Translations under genes and position numbers: made by a program
Assembly (NCBI GenBank): GCA_965205655.1
Contig: CBDBIJ010000104.1
Span: 1-39,967, forward strand
Length of the DNA: 39,967 nucleotides
From: Candidatus Latescibacterota bacterium
Lineage (GTDB): Bacteria; Latescibacterota; UBA2968; UBA8231
Direction: 5' to 3'
Notes under the pieces: generated by a model
What the model saw: the letters and a program-made list of their open reading frames with translations, nothing else
What the model was told of the DNA's origin: nothing
The model's database searches: none
Shown here: positions 17,943 through 30,634 of the stretch, one piece after another
Layout: each line of letters starts with the position of its first letter
Numbering within the stretch: the first letter of the stretch is position 1

Positions 17943-18809
17943 TTACCACCTCCGCACCAGCTTGTCCCACACAGCTTTGATCTCCTGCCGCGCCCGGCAC
18001 GCATCCTTCCAGATATCCGGAAAGCACTCAAGGGCATATCCCGAGCCCTGGGGCCCGAGCTCCACCACCCCCCAAAGCTCCTTGCCGCTACGCGCGCCCT
18101 TCAACCAGCTCTCGAGCATGGGCGTGCAGAAGTGATTGAGCCAGAGTGCGAAATCCCGGTCCAGCTTGCGCTTGCCGTTCGTCACCGGCGTCTGGCAGTG
18201 GCTGCCGGTGAAGGGTCGGAAATGAATCAGCTCGCCAGCGCGCAGCAAATCTGGCCGCGCGTTCGTCTTCGGCTCCCAGTAGTTGGGCGCTCTCACTTGC
18301 TTGATGATCGCCGGGTGCGAGTGGTCGAAGTTGATGCGCAGCTTCTTGCGGTAGCGTTTCTCGTAGGCGTCGGCGAGGGCAAAGGTCTTTTCCGGCGTTT
18401 CCGTGCACGTATCGCGATGGACCTCGATGGCTGGCTGGATGCACAGCTCTTCCCCCGCCTTCATCACCGCTCTCGCCACGGGGACCGAATTCTTGAGCTC
18501 CGTATCGTGGTCGCACAGTTGCACGTTGACGTGATGGACGCCCATGTTGCTGAACTTTCTGAGCGTCGTTAGCGCTGCCCGCACACGGGCCACGTCTACT
18601 CCTCCGACATGGGCGATGCCGTACTTGCTGCAGGCTTTGTTCGCGTTGGGATCGGCGCCGACACTGAACCCCTCGAAGCCCGCCTCCGACGCTTTCCTCA
18701 CCTTCGTATCCATCGACCACTCGCTCTTCTCGGATGGATAGCCATGCATCGACCACGCCGCGGCGCACAGGTGAAGCTTCGGTTTAGCTCTGCGTTTTGA
18801 TTTGGCCAT
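17943..18809 (-). CDS. Xylose isomerase-like TIM-barrel protein (sugar phosphate isomerase/epimerase family)
   Basis: AIEVHRDT, NFDHSHP, IHFRPF and VELGP metal-ligand pattern. Confidence 0.7.
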   Translation of the reverse strand: MAKSKRRAKPKLHLCAAAWSMHGYPSEKSEWSMDTKVRKASEAGFEGFSVGADPNANKACSKYGIAHVGGVDVARVRAALTTLRKFSNMGVHHVNVQLCDHDTELKNSVPVARAVMKAGEELCIQPAIEVHRDTCTETPEKTFALADAYEKRYRKKLRINFDHSHPAIIKQVRAPNYWEPKTNARPDLLRAGELIHFRPFTGSHCQTPVTNGKRKLDRDFALWLNHFCTPMLESWLKGARSGKELWGVVELGPQGSGYALECFPDIWKDACRARQEIKAVWDKLVRRW

Positions 18810-18848
18810 CGCCTCTCTCCTTTGGTGTGGGATGCCGGATGAGGTCGC

Positions 18849-19683
18849 TCAGCGACGAATGCGCTCCTCACCAGCGTATACGTTGCACGCCTTGCCCCGC
18901 AAAAACCCGACGAGTGTCATGTTCGACTCTCGAGCGATGTCGACGGCGAGGCTCGACGGCGCCGACACCGCTGCTATCATCGGAATGCCGGCCATCAATT
19001 GCCTTCTGCACGATCTCGAAGCTTGTCCGGCCACTCACCATCAGGATCGAGACCGGCGGAGGCAGACGATCCCTCAAGATAAAGCTCCCCACCAGCTTGT
19101 CTACGGCATTGTGGCGGCCCACGTCCTCCCGAAGTCCGAGCAACTCTCCTTGTTCGTCGAACAGGCCAGCCGCGTGGAGTGACCCTGTCTTGTCAAACAC
19201 ATCCTGGGCTTGCCGCAGCTTGTCGTTCAGTTCGTATAGCACATCGACTGAAACGGTAAAGTCGGCCGCGATCTCTGGCGCCTGCGCTCTGATGTGATCG
19301 ATGCTCGCCTTGCCGCACACTCCGCAGCTCGAAGAGGCATAGAAGTTTCGCTTGAGCCGTTCCCGGTCGAACTCGACACCGTCGGCGAGGCGCACGTCGA
19401 CAGTGTTCTCGAGATTCGGCGGCTCCGCCGATTCGCAGTAAGAAATCGCTCCCACATCATCGGGACGGTTGACGATTCCCTCGGTGTAGAGAAAGCCGGC
19501 GACCAGGTCGAAGTCGTCTTTCGGCGTGCGCATGACCACGGCCACTGCCTCCTCCTGCACGCGGATCTCCAGCGGCTCTTCGACTGTGACGACGTCGGCG
19601 ACATTCGTCCGGGCGCCGATCTTGAGCCGCACGATATCCCGTTCGACGAGGCGATCCTGCCCCTTGCTGGCCGGCGGCGTCAT
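18849..19683 (-). pseudogene. fdhD: Formate dehydrogenase accessory sulfurtransferase FdhD with a +1 frameshift near 18999
   Basis: VEEPLEI, MRTP, SSSCGVCGK, TGSLHAAG, REDVGRHNAVDKLVG, SGRTSFEIVQKA, then continues in another frame as LMAGIPMIAAVSAPSSLAVDIARESNMTLVGFLR. Confidence 0.9.
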
Positions 19684-19693
19684 TCTTTTCCGC

Positions 19694-21154
19694 CTACATC
19701 GGACCCATGCGCCGCGGTCCGCGATCGATGGCCAGCATCGAGGCGTCAAAGCTCTTCCGCATCAGTTCGAGCTTCATCGGTTGCGCCTCCGGCTCGTCCC
19801 ACATGCTCTCGAACTCCTCCGGATCTTCGACGAGGTCGTACATCTCGCCCAGGTCGTGTCCGTGGTAGACGACAAGCTTGTAGCGCTCGTCGCGGTACAT
19901 GGTCGCAAACGACGCATCCGGCGCCTGCAGCGCGTCGTAGTATTCGCAGCGCACGAAGTCGCGGTGTCGATCCGGCGAAGCCTCTCCAGTCAGAATCGGC
20001 ATCAGAGAAGCACCCTGCATCCGCTCGGGCACTTCCTCACCGGCTAGCTTGAGCAGCGTCGGCGCTATGTCGAGCAGCTCCACGAGAGCATCGCCGCGCA
20101 CATCGGCGGCGAACCTGCCCGGCCACGAAAAGATGAGCGGGACCCGCACGAGCCCCTCGTAGAACCGGCATCCCTTTTGAATGAGACCGTGGTCACCGAG
20201 CGTTTCGCCGTGGTCGCTCGTGAAAATGACGACCGTATTCTGTCGTTGTCCTGCATCATCCAGCGCCTGCAGCATTTCTCCCACGCGATCGTCGATGAGT
20301 TCGATCATGGCGTAGTACGCGGCCTGCAGGGTTTTGCCGTCGCGGCCGCCGGCATTCGCCCACTCCTTCTCTTCACTCTCGTCTGCGGGACCGTACGTCA
20401 GAACTGGGCTGCCAATGTCCAGCTCATCCACATGTCGCCCCTTCGACTGGAAGTCGACGCCGGCCAGGCGGCGCTGTTGTTCGAGATCGCTGTCCCGGAA
20501 CAGGGGACCCGGCATCTGCTCAGGGTCGAAGCGATCGCGATACGACTTGGGCGGATTGAACGGCGGATGAGGGTCGTAGATGTTCACGCTCGCCAGCCAC
20601 GGCTCTGCCGCGTCTTTCATGAACTCGATCGTCTTCTCGGCGCACCAGGTCGTCTGGTGTAGTTCCGCCGGCACCCCATCCATCTGTTTGTTGAATTCGT
20701 CGAGATTTCCTCCCTTCGCCTTTACCCAGTCATCGTAACCGTGTCCCGTCTCCCAGTCATTTCGCGGAGCGTGGCTGTACTGCCAGTACCGATAGCCGTC
20801 GTTCACCCTCGGTTCGGTTCGGCCGAAGGCGCTCGCCAGGTGCAGCTTGCCGATGAGACCACAGTCATATCCGCTCTCCGCGAGCATCCTTGTGACGAGG
20901 GCCGGATTGTCGGGGAAGTACTCGTTCCCGTTGCCGTTGACGTGCACCGTACTCGGATACATCCCCGTGAGAAAACTGGCGCGAGACGGCGTGCAGATGG
21001 GACTCTGACAGTAGGCGTGTGTAAGGGCTACTCCCTCTCCCACCAGCTTGTCGATGTTCGGAGTCGACACATGCTGATTGCCCAGTGCGCCAATCGTGTC
21101 GTAGCGCTGCTGGTCCGTGCAGATCCACAGGATGTTCGGTCGACTTTTTTCCAT
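19694..21154 (-). CDS. Cytoplasmic sulfatase (formylglycine-dependent, S1 family)
   Basis: RPNILWICTDQQR, CTPSRASFLTG, GKLHL, DPHPPF, FTSDHGE, YEGLVRVPLI; no signal peptide. Alternative start at 21169. Confidence 0.93.
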   Translation of the reverse strand: MEKSRPNILWICTDQQRYDTIGALGNQHVSTPNIDKLVGEGVALTHAYCQSPICTPSRASFLTGMYPSTVHVNGNGNEYFPDNPALVTRMLAESGYDCGLIGKLHLASAFGRTEPRVNDGYRYWQYSHAPRNDWETGHGYDDWVKAKGGNLDEFNKQMDGVPAELHQTTWCAEKTIEFMKDAAEPWLASVNIYDPHPPFNPPKSYRDRFDPEQMPGPLFRDSDLEQQRRLAGVDFQSKGRHVDELDIGSPVLTYGPADESEEKEWANAGGRDGKTLQAAYYAMIELIDDRVGEMLQALDDAGQRQNTVVIFTSDHGETLGDHGLIQKGCRFYEGLVRVPLIFSWPGRFAADVRGDALVELLDIAPTLLKLAGEEVPERMQGASLMPILTGEASPDRHRDFVRCEYYDALQAPDASFATMYRDERYKLVVYHGHDLGEMYDLVEDPEEFESMWDEPEAQPMKLELMRKSFDASMLAIDRGPRRMGPM

Positions 21155-21296
21155 GATCAGTTGATACATATAGGCCAGCGCCTGAGCGGTGTCCAGACAG
21201 CCGGCGCTTGCGGAGCTGGCCGCCCGCGAGCAGGATAGACGCCTTGATTCGTGTCCCGCCGCGGAGATAACTTGTTGAATGGGAGCCAGGAACGCG

Positions 21297-22218
21297 ATGA
21301 CAAAAGGAATTTTCCGCTACAGGATACTGACAGTGGCATCACACCAGTCTATCGGCATCGCCCTTTCGGGAGCTGCCCTGCTTCTCGGATTCTTCACGCT
21401 TCAGTCCATCATGTGGGCAGTCTGGGGCGCCCCGACCCACTGGGTCCAGTACCTCGCCCTTCTCGGATGTGTCGGGCTGTTCGCCACCAGCATTCTGTGG
21501 CTGATTGCCGGACGCATCGGCCGCACCGCGCCGATCCTCTCTGTCGCCGCCATGGGAACGCTCTTCATCCCCGCCGCAGCCTCTCTCGTACCCGAACACG
21601 ACACCATCACCTCGCCGACGGCCGTCGTGCTCATCATCACCTATTTCGTCGCCGCCGGCATCGTTCTGCTGCTGCCGCCCAGGCGCTCGTGGTTGTTCGC
21701 CGTCTCCATTCTCGCTAGCCTCGGCTGACGCTTCGCACACCTTCTATGCGCGCTGGCGGGATGGCGAGTTCGACCGCCCGGCATTCGCTTTCTACAGCCT
21801 CACGCCACCCCATGATTCCTCAACCGCTGGCCGCCCGGACCATCCGCGCGCTGCCGCCGGTCTTCAGGTCTATGAAAGACAGCGGCAGTGGTTGGTCCCA
21901 GAGCTCGAACGGCAGCTTGCGCAAGCCGGAATCTCCGGGAAATTGAAATGGCTGTGTGCTTCGGGCTCGCGATCGAACGATCACAGGATCGTCGTCATCA
22001 GCGTCGGGAGCCCGGCGGTAAAGGCGAATCTGCACTACCCCCGGCACGGGCATATCGCCTATATCTTCGACGGCGTGGCGTGGCACACCATTCCCGACGA
22101 TGCGGCGACCTACGAATCCCACGCCGTACTCGAGACCGAAGGAAACGTGAGCCGGCTGCGTCAGAAGTCGACAGCCGGCGGCGGAGAAGCCGAGTCATAC
22201 GCCTGCACGTGGAAATAA
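21297..22218 (+). pseudogene. Hypothetical membrane protein (about 5 TM helices plus a soluble C-terminal domain), apparently split by a frameshift near 21700-21730
   Basis: The hydrophobic ORF ends at 21728; a protein-like ORF continues in the +1 frame to 22218 without an obvious start of its own. Confidence 0.5.
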
Positions 22219-22244
22219 TTCCGACACCAGAAGGAGATGCTCCG

Positions 22245-23279
22245 ATGACAGAAGTGAACGACGGCCGCCCCATAGTCTTCGTCTCCCTGACCGGGGATCA
22301 GGCGATCAAATGTTACGACCTCGATCCCGCTTCAGGTGCACTGACGCTCCGGGCCTCCAGCGACTCACACGGACCCACTGGGGCTATCTTCCATCAGCCC
22401 TCCGGAGACCTGATCTACGTGGCCCACGTGGAGTCGACGACTCTGGCCAGCTTCCGCCTGGATGCGAGCTCCGGCGAGCTCACGCTCATAAACAAAATCG
22501 ACCCGGGCCTGGCCGCACCGGCCCACCTCATCACAGACCGGTCTGGTCGCTTCCTGCTGACTGCGTATTACAGTGGCGGTGGTGCGACCGTCCACCGGCT
22601 CGGCGACGACGGCTCCATCCAGGAGCTCGTCGAGCGAGTGGAAACTGGACCCAAGGCCCACGCCGTTCTCGCCGACCCTTCCAATCGATTCGTCATCGTT
22701 CCGCACGTCTGCCCCACCAACAAAACATTCCAGTTTCGCTTCGACTGTGAAACTGGGCAGCTCACACCGAACGATCCCCCGGAGCTGGTGCCGCCGGACG
22801 ACGAAACCGGCCCCCGCCACATCTGTCTTCGGCCTCAGGGTGACGTCGCCTACATCATCAACGAACAGGGCAACACCGCGACCGCCCACCGCTTCGACAC
22901 CGACCGCGGTACCCTCGAGATATTCCAGCACGTGTCCACTTTGCCAGCGGACTACCACGCCGAGGGCGGATCGTGCGCTCACATCGAGGTGCACCCCAGC
23001 GGCAAGTGGGCCTACTGCTCCAACCGCGGCCACGACAGCATCGTCGGCTTCGACATCGCTACCGACGGCTCGCTCAGCCCTTTCGGACACTTTCCGGTTC
23101 CATCAAGTCCCAGATCATTCAACATCGATCCCACGGGGACATACCTGTACTGTGCCGGCGAGTCCGCGCACAAAATGAGATCCTTCCGGGTCGATGCGAA
23201 AAGTGGTGAGCTATCTGCGTTGGAGGACTACGACGTCGGGCGACAGCCGTACTGGGTGATGGTGACTACGCTGAAGTAA
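22245..23279 (+). CDS. Lactonase family beta-propeller (6-phosphogluconolactonase-like)
   Basis: PAHL..FLLTAYY, KAHAV, GPRHI, YIINE, YCSNRGHDSI, PRSFNIDPTG; AAGGAG RBS before the ATG. Confidence 0.9.
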   Translation: MTEVNDGRPIVFVSLTGDQAIKCYDLDPASGALTLRASSDSHGPTGAIFHQPSGDLIYVAHVESTTLASFRLDASSGELTLINKIDPGLAAPAHLITDRSGRFLLTAYYSGGGATVHRLGDDGSIQELVERVETGPKAHAVLADPSNRFVIVPHVCPTNKTFQFRFDCETGQLTPNDPPELVPPDDETGPRHICLRPQGDVAYIINEQGNTATAHRFDTDRGTLEIFQHVSTLPADYHAEGGSCAHIEVHPSGKWAYCSNRGHDSIVGFDIATDGSLSPFGHFPVPSSPRSFNIDPTGTYLYCAGESAHKMRSFRVDAKSGELSALEDYDVGRQPYWVMVTTLK

Positions 23280-23293
23280 GATGGCGCCAGTGG

Positions 23294-23869
23294 TCAACTC
23301 CCGTGCCCGAGCAGGGAAAAAGTGTTGAGAGTGTCCTCCCACTCACCTTTCACCGTGGGGAACAGATCAGATGTGATATCCAGGACGATCTGGATTCCTA
23401 TACCTTCGTTTGTCGCATGCACCACATATGATGTGTGTTCGTTACCCTGGGGATCGTTGTATCGAATGAGGTAGAGTACGCCATCCTTCAGACTCAACTT
23501 GCCGTCCTCGTGAGTGTAGATTTCTTCGATGTTCCAACCGAGGGGCACGATCGACTTCAGTGCGGAGCTGTACCTCGCGACATCCCAGGCCGGCTCTATC
23601 TTCTGAAACGCGATTGTGATGGCTGCGTTGATCTGCCGATGGAAGAAGTCTACGAGCGGCTCTCTGGTGTAGTGATAGAATGTCGCGTCCTGCTGTTGAG
23701 TGATACCGGCAAACGTCCAGGATGGGGAAAGAACAAAGCTCAGATGCCAGTCCTCGATACGAGTCTCTCCATCCACCTGTGTGGGAGCTGATTTTCCCAC
23801 CAGCGCATTCATACATCCCGCTGAGACGAGAAATGTCGCCAAAACTGCCGAGCTCAGAATTATCCGCAT
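23294..23869 (-). CDS. Hypothetical lipoprotein (possibly PsbP/DcrB-like fold)
   Basis: Signal peptide with lipobox-like VSAG-C; C-terminal helix FPTVKGEWEDTLNTF. The fold is an inference. Confidence 0.6.
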   Translation of the reverse strand: MRIILSSAVLATFLVSAGCMNALVGKSAPTQVDGETRIEDWHLSFVLSPSWTFAGITQQQDATFYHYTREPLVDFFHRQINAAITIAFQKIEPAWDVARYSSALKSIVPLGWNIEEIYTHEDGKLSLKDGVLYLIRYNDPQGNEHTSYVVHATNEGIGIQIVLDITSDLFPTVKGEWEDTLNTFSLLGHGS

Positions 23870-24056
23870 GACAGTGTCATTCTACCAAATTTCGTGAGGA
23901 ATATCCAATCAGCTCCGAACTCACCCCATTGGAAAAAGCGCCCGCAATAATTTGCACCCTCTTTGGCGACTAGCGATTGTTAGATGTAGCGGCGTCTGTC
24001 TCAACCAGGGATACAAGCCGTGCTCGCTCGAAAGGATTGACGTGAGTAGGTAGCCC

Positions 24057-24425
24057 GTGCTCTTTTCCACCGAGAATGCAACCATTGTTGCCATTTGCAT
24101 GATCATCCTGTGCGTCGGGATGCGCGCCATTACGACCGCGATGCTGAGCAGAAGCAAGAAATCGTACGACAAAGTCAGGGAGAGGCTCCACGGCGTGCGA
24201 TCCGAGCTCGGCTTCGAGAAGGAGCGCCAAAAATCTGCTGCCGACCTCTTCTCTTTCAACGAGCGACAGAAGGATGATCTCGTTCACAGGATCGACGTAT
24301 CCCGTGAGGATCTGCGCGTTTTACAGAGCAGCGACCCCAACGCCCGCGACACTGACGGGGACGACGACATAGTTTTGAAATTGCCCAAGCATTTGCGGCC
24401 CCGGGGCGAAGACCTGTTCGAATAG
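24057..24425 (+). CDS. Small membrane-anchored coiled-coil protein
   Basis: One TM helix (IVAICMIILCVGM) followed by a charged helical region; similar layout to 10129-10443. Confidence 0.65.
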   Translation: MLFSTENATIVAICMIILCVGMRAITTAMLSRSKKSYDKVRERLHGVRSELGFEKERQKSAADLFSFNERQKDDLVHRIDVSREDLRVLQSSDPNARDTDGDDDIVLKLPKHLRPRGEDLFE

Positions 24426-24483
24426 TTCCCCAAGCTGGGACAGCAGATACGAAACAACGACGTAGCATGGAGGTGCTCTGAGA

Positions 24484-25287
24484 ATGCGCCTGGAAAACAG
24501 CGTTGCCATCGTCACCGGCGGTGGCGGTGGCATAGGAACCGGAATCTCGAAATGCCTCGCCGGAGAGGGAGCTGACGTCGTCGTGGCGGATCTCGACATC
24601 GAGGCTGCCCACAGAGCAGTCGAACAGGTCGAGGAAGCTGGTCGGCGCGGATGCGCCATTCGATCAGATGTGACGAAAGAGGGCGACTGTCAAAATCTCG
24701 TGAAACAGGCCATCGAGACGTTCGATCACCTCGACATCCTCGTCAACAACGCCGGCTACTTCGGCGACCGCGTCGGTGGGCCGATGCTCGATCACGACGA
24801 ATCGGAATGGGACGACCAGTACTCGATAAATATCAAGGGCCCTCTGTATCTGTGTCGGGCAGCGTCCGCCCACATGATCGAGCGCAAACGGGGAAGGATC
24901 ATCAACATCTCCTCCATCGCGGCCAGACGGGATCCGCTCTTCATTCCGCCATACGCCATGGCCAAGAACGCGCTGCTCTCGGTGACCCGGCTCCTGGCCA
25001 AGGACCTCGGTCCCCACAACATCAACGTCAACGCCGTCTGCCCGGGCATGCTGTGGACCGGCTTCTGGAAGGATTTGGCTCCCCTCCTGGCCGAAACCGA
25101 CCCGACCCTGGCCGGTCTCGAACCCCGAGAGGTGTTCGACAAGTGGGTCCAGGGTGCCGTACCGATGAAGCGAGAGCAGACTCCTGAAGACATCGGTAAT
25201 CTCGTCGCCTTTCTGGCCTCGGAAGAGGCCCGCAACATCACCGGACAGGCCATCCATGTGGATGGCGGCGCCTCCATGATCCCTTGA
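24484..25287 (+). CDS. Short-chain dehydrogenase/reductase (classical SDR)
   Basis: VTGGGGGIG, LVNNAG, IINISS, YAMAK catalytic motif, NAVCPG, ITGQAIHVDGG; GGAGG RBS. Confidence 0.95.
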   Translation: MRLENSVAIVTGGGGGIGTGISKCLAGEGADVVVADLDIEAAHRAVEQVEEAGRRGCAIRSDVTKEGDCQNLVKQAIETFDHLDILVNNAGYFGDRVGGPMLDHDESEWDDQYSINIKGPLYLCRAASAHMIERKRGRIINISSIAARRDPLFIPPYAMAKNALLSVTRLLAKDLGPHNINVNAVCPGMLWTGFWKDLAPLLAETDPTLAGLEPREVFDKWVQGAVPMKREQTPEDIGNLVAFLASEEARNITGQAIHVDGGASMIP

Positions 25288-25288
25288 T

Positions 25289-25326
25289 CTCGACGACTCG
25301 CCCCCCTTCAGATGGGGGCTGTCGAG
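25289..25326. terminator. GC-rich stem-loop between convergent genes
   Basis: CTCGAC/GTCGAG and GCCCCC/GGGGGC stems right after the SDR stop; no T-tract. Confidence 0.4.
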
Positions 25327-25461
25327 TGCAGATTCTCCTCCTGAGGGAGGCGATGTGAGATTCGAGGTTCGCTGTTCGCGCGTGCACCTGCGCCACGGCG
25401 TCGGCTCTTCCTGCGTCGATGTTGGTTGCTTGCCATTACCTTCCCGTCCGCCGAAGCAGTG

Positions 25462-26253
25462 TCAGTTCGTCTCGACGTGGAGGCTCGTCAGTGGGGCGGG
25501 ATCCGAGAAAACGGAGCGTGGCAGCTCCTCGGGAGCTGCCACGGCGCTGTGCTTGGAGTCACCAAAATCGTCCGCCAGCCAGATGTTGCCATAGCGCTGC
25601 CAGTTCGACCAGGGCAGCGTGAAGCGCGGCTCCTCGTCTGAGGCGTCGGCGTAAAAAGACCACTGGCGCACGAGCCACTCCTCTGCATCGACGTAGACGT
25701 CGTACTTGTTCTGCGGGGTCACCCCGACGTCGGTGAACGTCAGTTCGAGAATGTGCGCCTCCGCACCGGCCGCTCTGCCCGCACCCTTGTACTTCAAGGT
25801 TACGCCTGAGTCCTTCAGTTTGTATGGCATGACCAGCCAATAGCTGTCGTTGATCCAGGCGCGGTACGCCGCATCCAGCTTTACGGCCAGGCTGTCCGCG
25901 TGGGTGATCTCCTCGACCCCGTTCCACGCCCTCCCGGCGCCCGTGCCGACGTTCATCAGGACTGTGAGGCCGTCGTCTTCGAAGCGGATGCTGCCTGTCC
26001 ATCGATCCCACACGTGGAGTCGGCCACCGAAAAACCGCCACGTCAGATAACGCGTTGCATCCCAGTTTTCCCGTCCGCCGAGCCGCTCCATCACCTTGTC
26101 TGCGATTTCGAGCGCACTGGAGTCCGATCTCCTTAGATCGAATCCCGGAAGCGGCGGATTTGCCTCGGCTGCGACGGGGGTTGACTGTCCTATCCAGAGC
26201 GCGCTGAGCAGGGCGACGGCTCGAACCCTCACAACGTTATCCAATGGTCCCAT
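25462..26253 (-). CDS. Secreted hypothetical protein
   Basis: Signal-peptide-like N-terminus; Trp-rich blocks GGRENWDATRYLTWRF, WINDSYWLVMPYKLKDSGV, GVTPQNKYDVYVD. Confidence 0.75.
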   Translation of the reverse strand: MGPLDNVVRVRAVALLSALWIGQSTPVAAEANPPLPGFDLRRSDSSALEIADKVMERLGGRENWDATRYLTWRFFGGRLHVWDRWTGSIRFEDDGLTVLMNVGTGAGRAWNGVEEITHADSLAVKLDAAYRAWINDSYWLVMPYKLKDSGVTLKYKGAGRAAGAEAHILELTFTDVGVTPQNKYDVYVDAEEWLVRQWSFYADASDEEPRFTLPWSNWQRYGNIWLADDFGDSKHSAVAAPEELPRSVFSDPAPLTSLHVETN

Positions 26254-26338
26254 GTTTTGATTTGTCCTGTGGTTGACGGATTTTCCTTGGACCTGTCGTG
26301 TTAGGCAGTATCTTTGTTACCCCATTACCGTTCATAAG

Positions 26339-27482
26339 ATGATGAATAGACAGTCTGAAAACTACACTGGCGCGATGCGGAACCTCTCGGTCCAGTTCAT
26401 CTCCTTCATGATGCAGGAGGGGCTGCGCGGACGCACCGTCGACGACGCCGTATCGACGTTCGGCAGACATCGCACCAAGCTCCTCAGCGGCATCCTGGGC
26501 GGTGCGGGAGTAGCCGGCGGTGCCTGGGTCGCGCTCTCCATGTGGACTGGCTCGATGGGACTGTGGGGCAGCGTCGCTTTCTCCCTCGGCCTTGTCACCA
26601 CGCCTGTGTGGGTGCCCCTTTGCCGGAGGATTCGCCGGGCTCACTGCCGCCAGCGGCGCCATCTACGGCTTCGTGTCAGTGGCCCGGAAACGAGGCAAGA
26701 GACGCATGCTCAGGAGTATCATCGGCTTCAGCAAGGTGCTCCTCGACGAGAGGGAATTCCGGCCGGATGACGAACGAGTGATGCGGAGGTTTTTGAAGGC
26801 GAAGGACGTGAAGGATGAACAGATCCACGACCTTCTGGGCACCTCGCCAGACAGGGCGAAACGTCTCGCGGCCGATCTCTCATCGGATGACCGGCGCGAA
26901 GTGGCTCGCTACATATTTTCACTCGTTTATACTGGCGACGGGGTCATCTCGCCTGGCGACCGACGGCGCTTTTCGCGTATCTGTGCAGAGCTGCAGCTCG
27001 AAGCCGGCGAGGCCTCCTCCATATCGCGGGACTACCGCGACCGTCTCGATGCTCAGTGGGCCTATTTGCGTAGTCTTGTCTCCCGCTTGAATTATTTCGC
27101 CAACGCCCTCGCGTTCGACAGCCGCGAAATGGAGATGCTCAGGCAGCTGCTCGATCTCCTGATTCGCTTCGACCCCCGCAGGACAGCGGTCGAGAAGCGC
27201 GAGCGCATTCTCACTCGCCTCGGCGGCAAGACCGAGGGTAGCCCTGCCAGATTCGTCGAGGATGTGTCGGGAGAGTCGGCCATGATGGGAGCGTATGCCT
27301 TGGCACATACGGCGATTCAGAGAGAGATCCATCGACGCCGGCTCGCAGACATCTTCGATGCGCTGATCGATTGTCAGTCCGCGCTTTCACCCGAAGACAA
27401 AGAAAAGCTTCAGGGCACTAGAAAGCGCGTGGACAGACTCTACGAAGCCACTCGGTCTCAGCTCGAGTCGGCGGCTAGCTAA
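26339..27482 (+). pseudogene. Hypothetical protein with glycine-zipper TM hairpin and TerB-like helical domain, +1 frameshift at about 26615-26621
   Basis: GILGGAGVAGG..TTPVWVP continues after CCCCTTT in the next frame as FAGGFAGL; LVYTGDGVISPGDRRRF resembles the TerB DG motif. Confidence 0.6.
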
Positions 27483-27488
27483 CGCCAG

Positions 27489-30634
<3,146 letters not shown>

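Noticed and set aside
21726..21728. Second selenocysteine TGA
   Set aside because: No redox motif or SECIS-like hairpin, and the protein-like continuation is in a different frame
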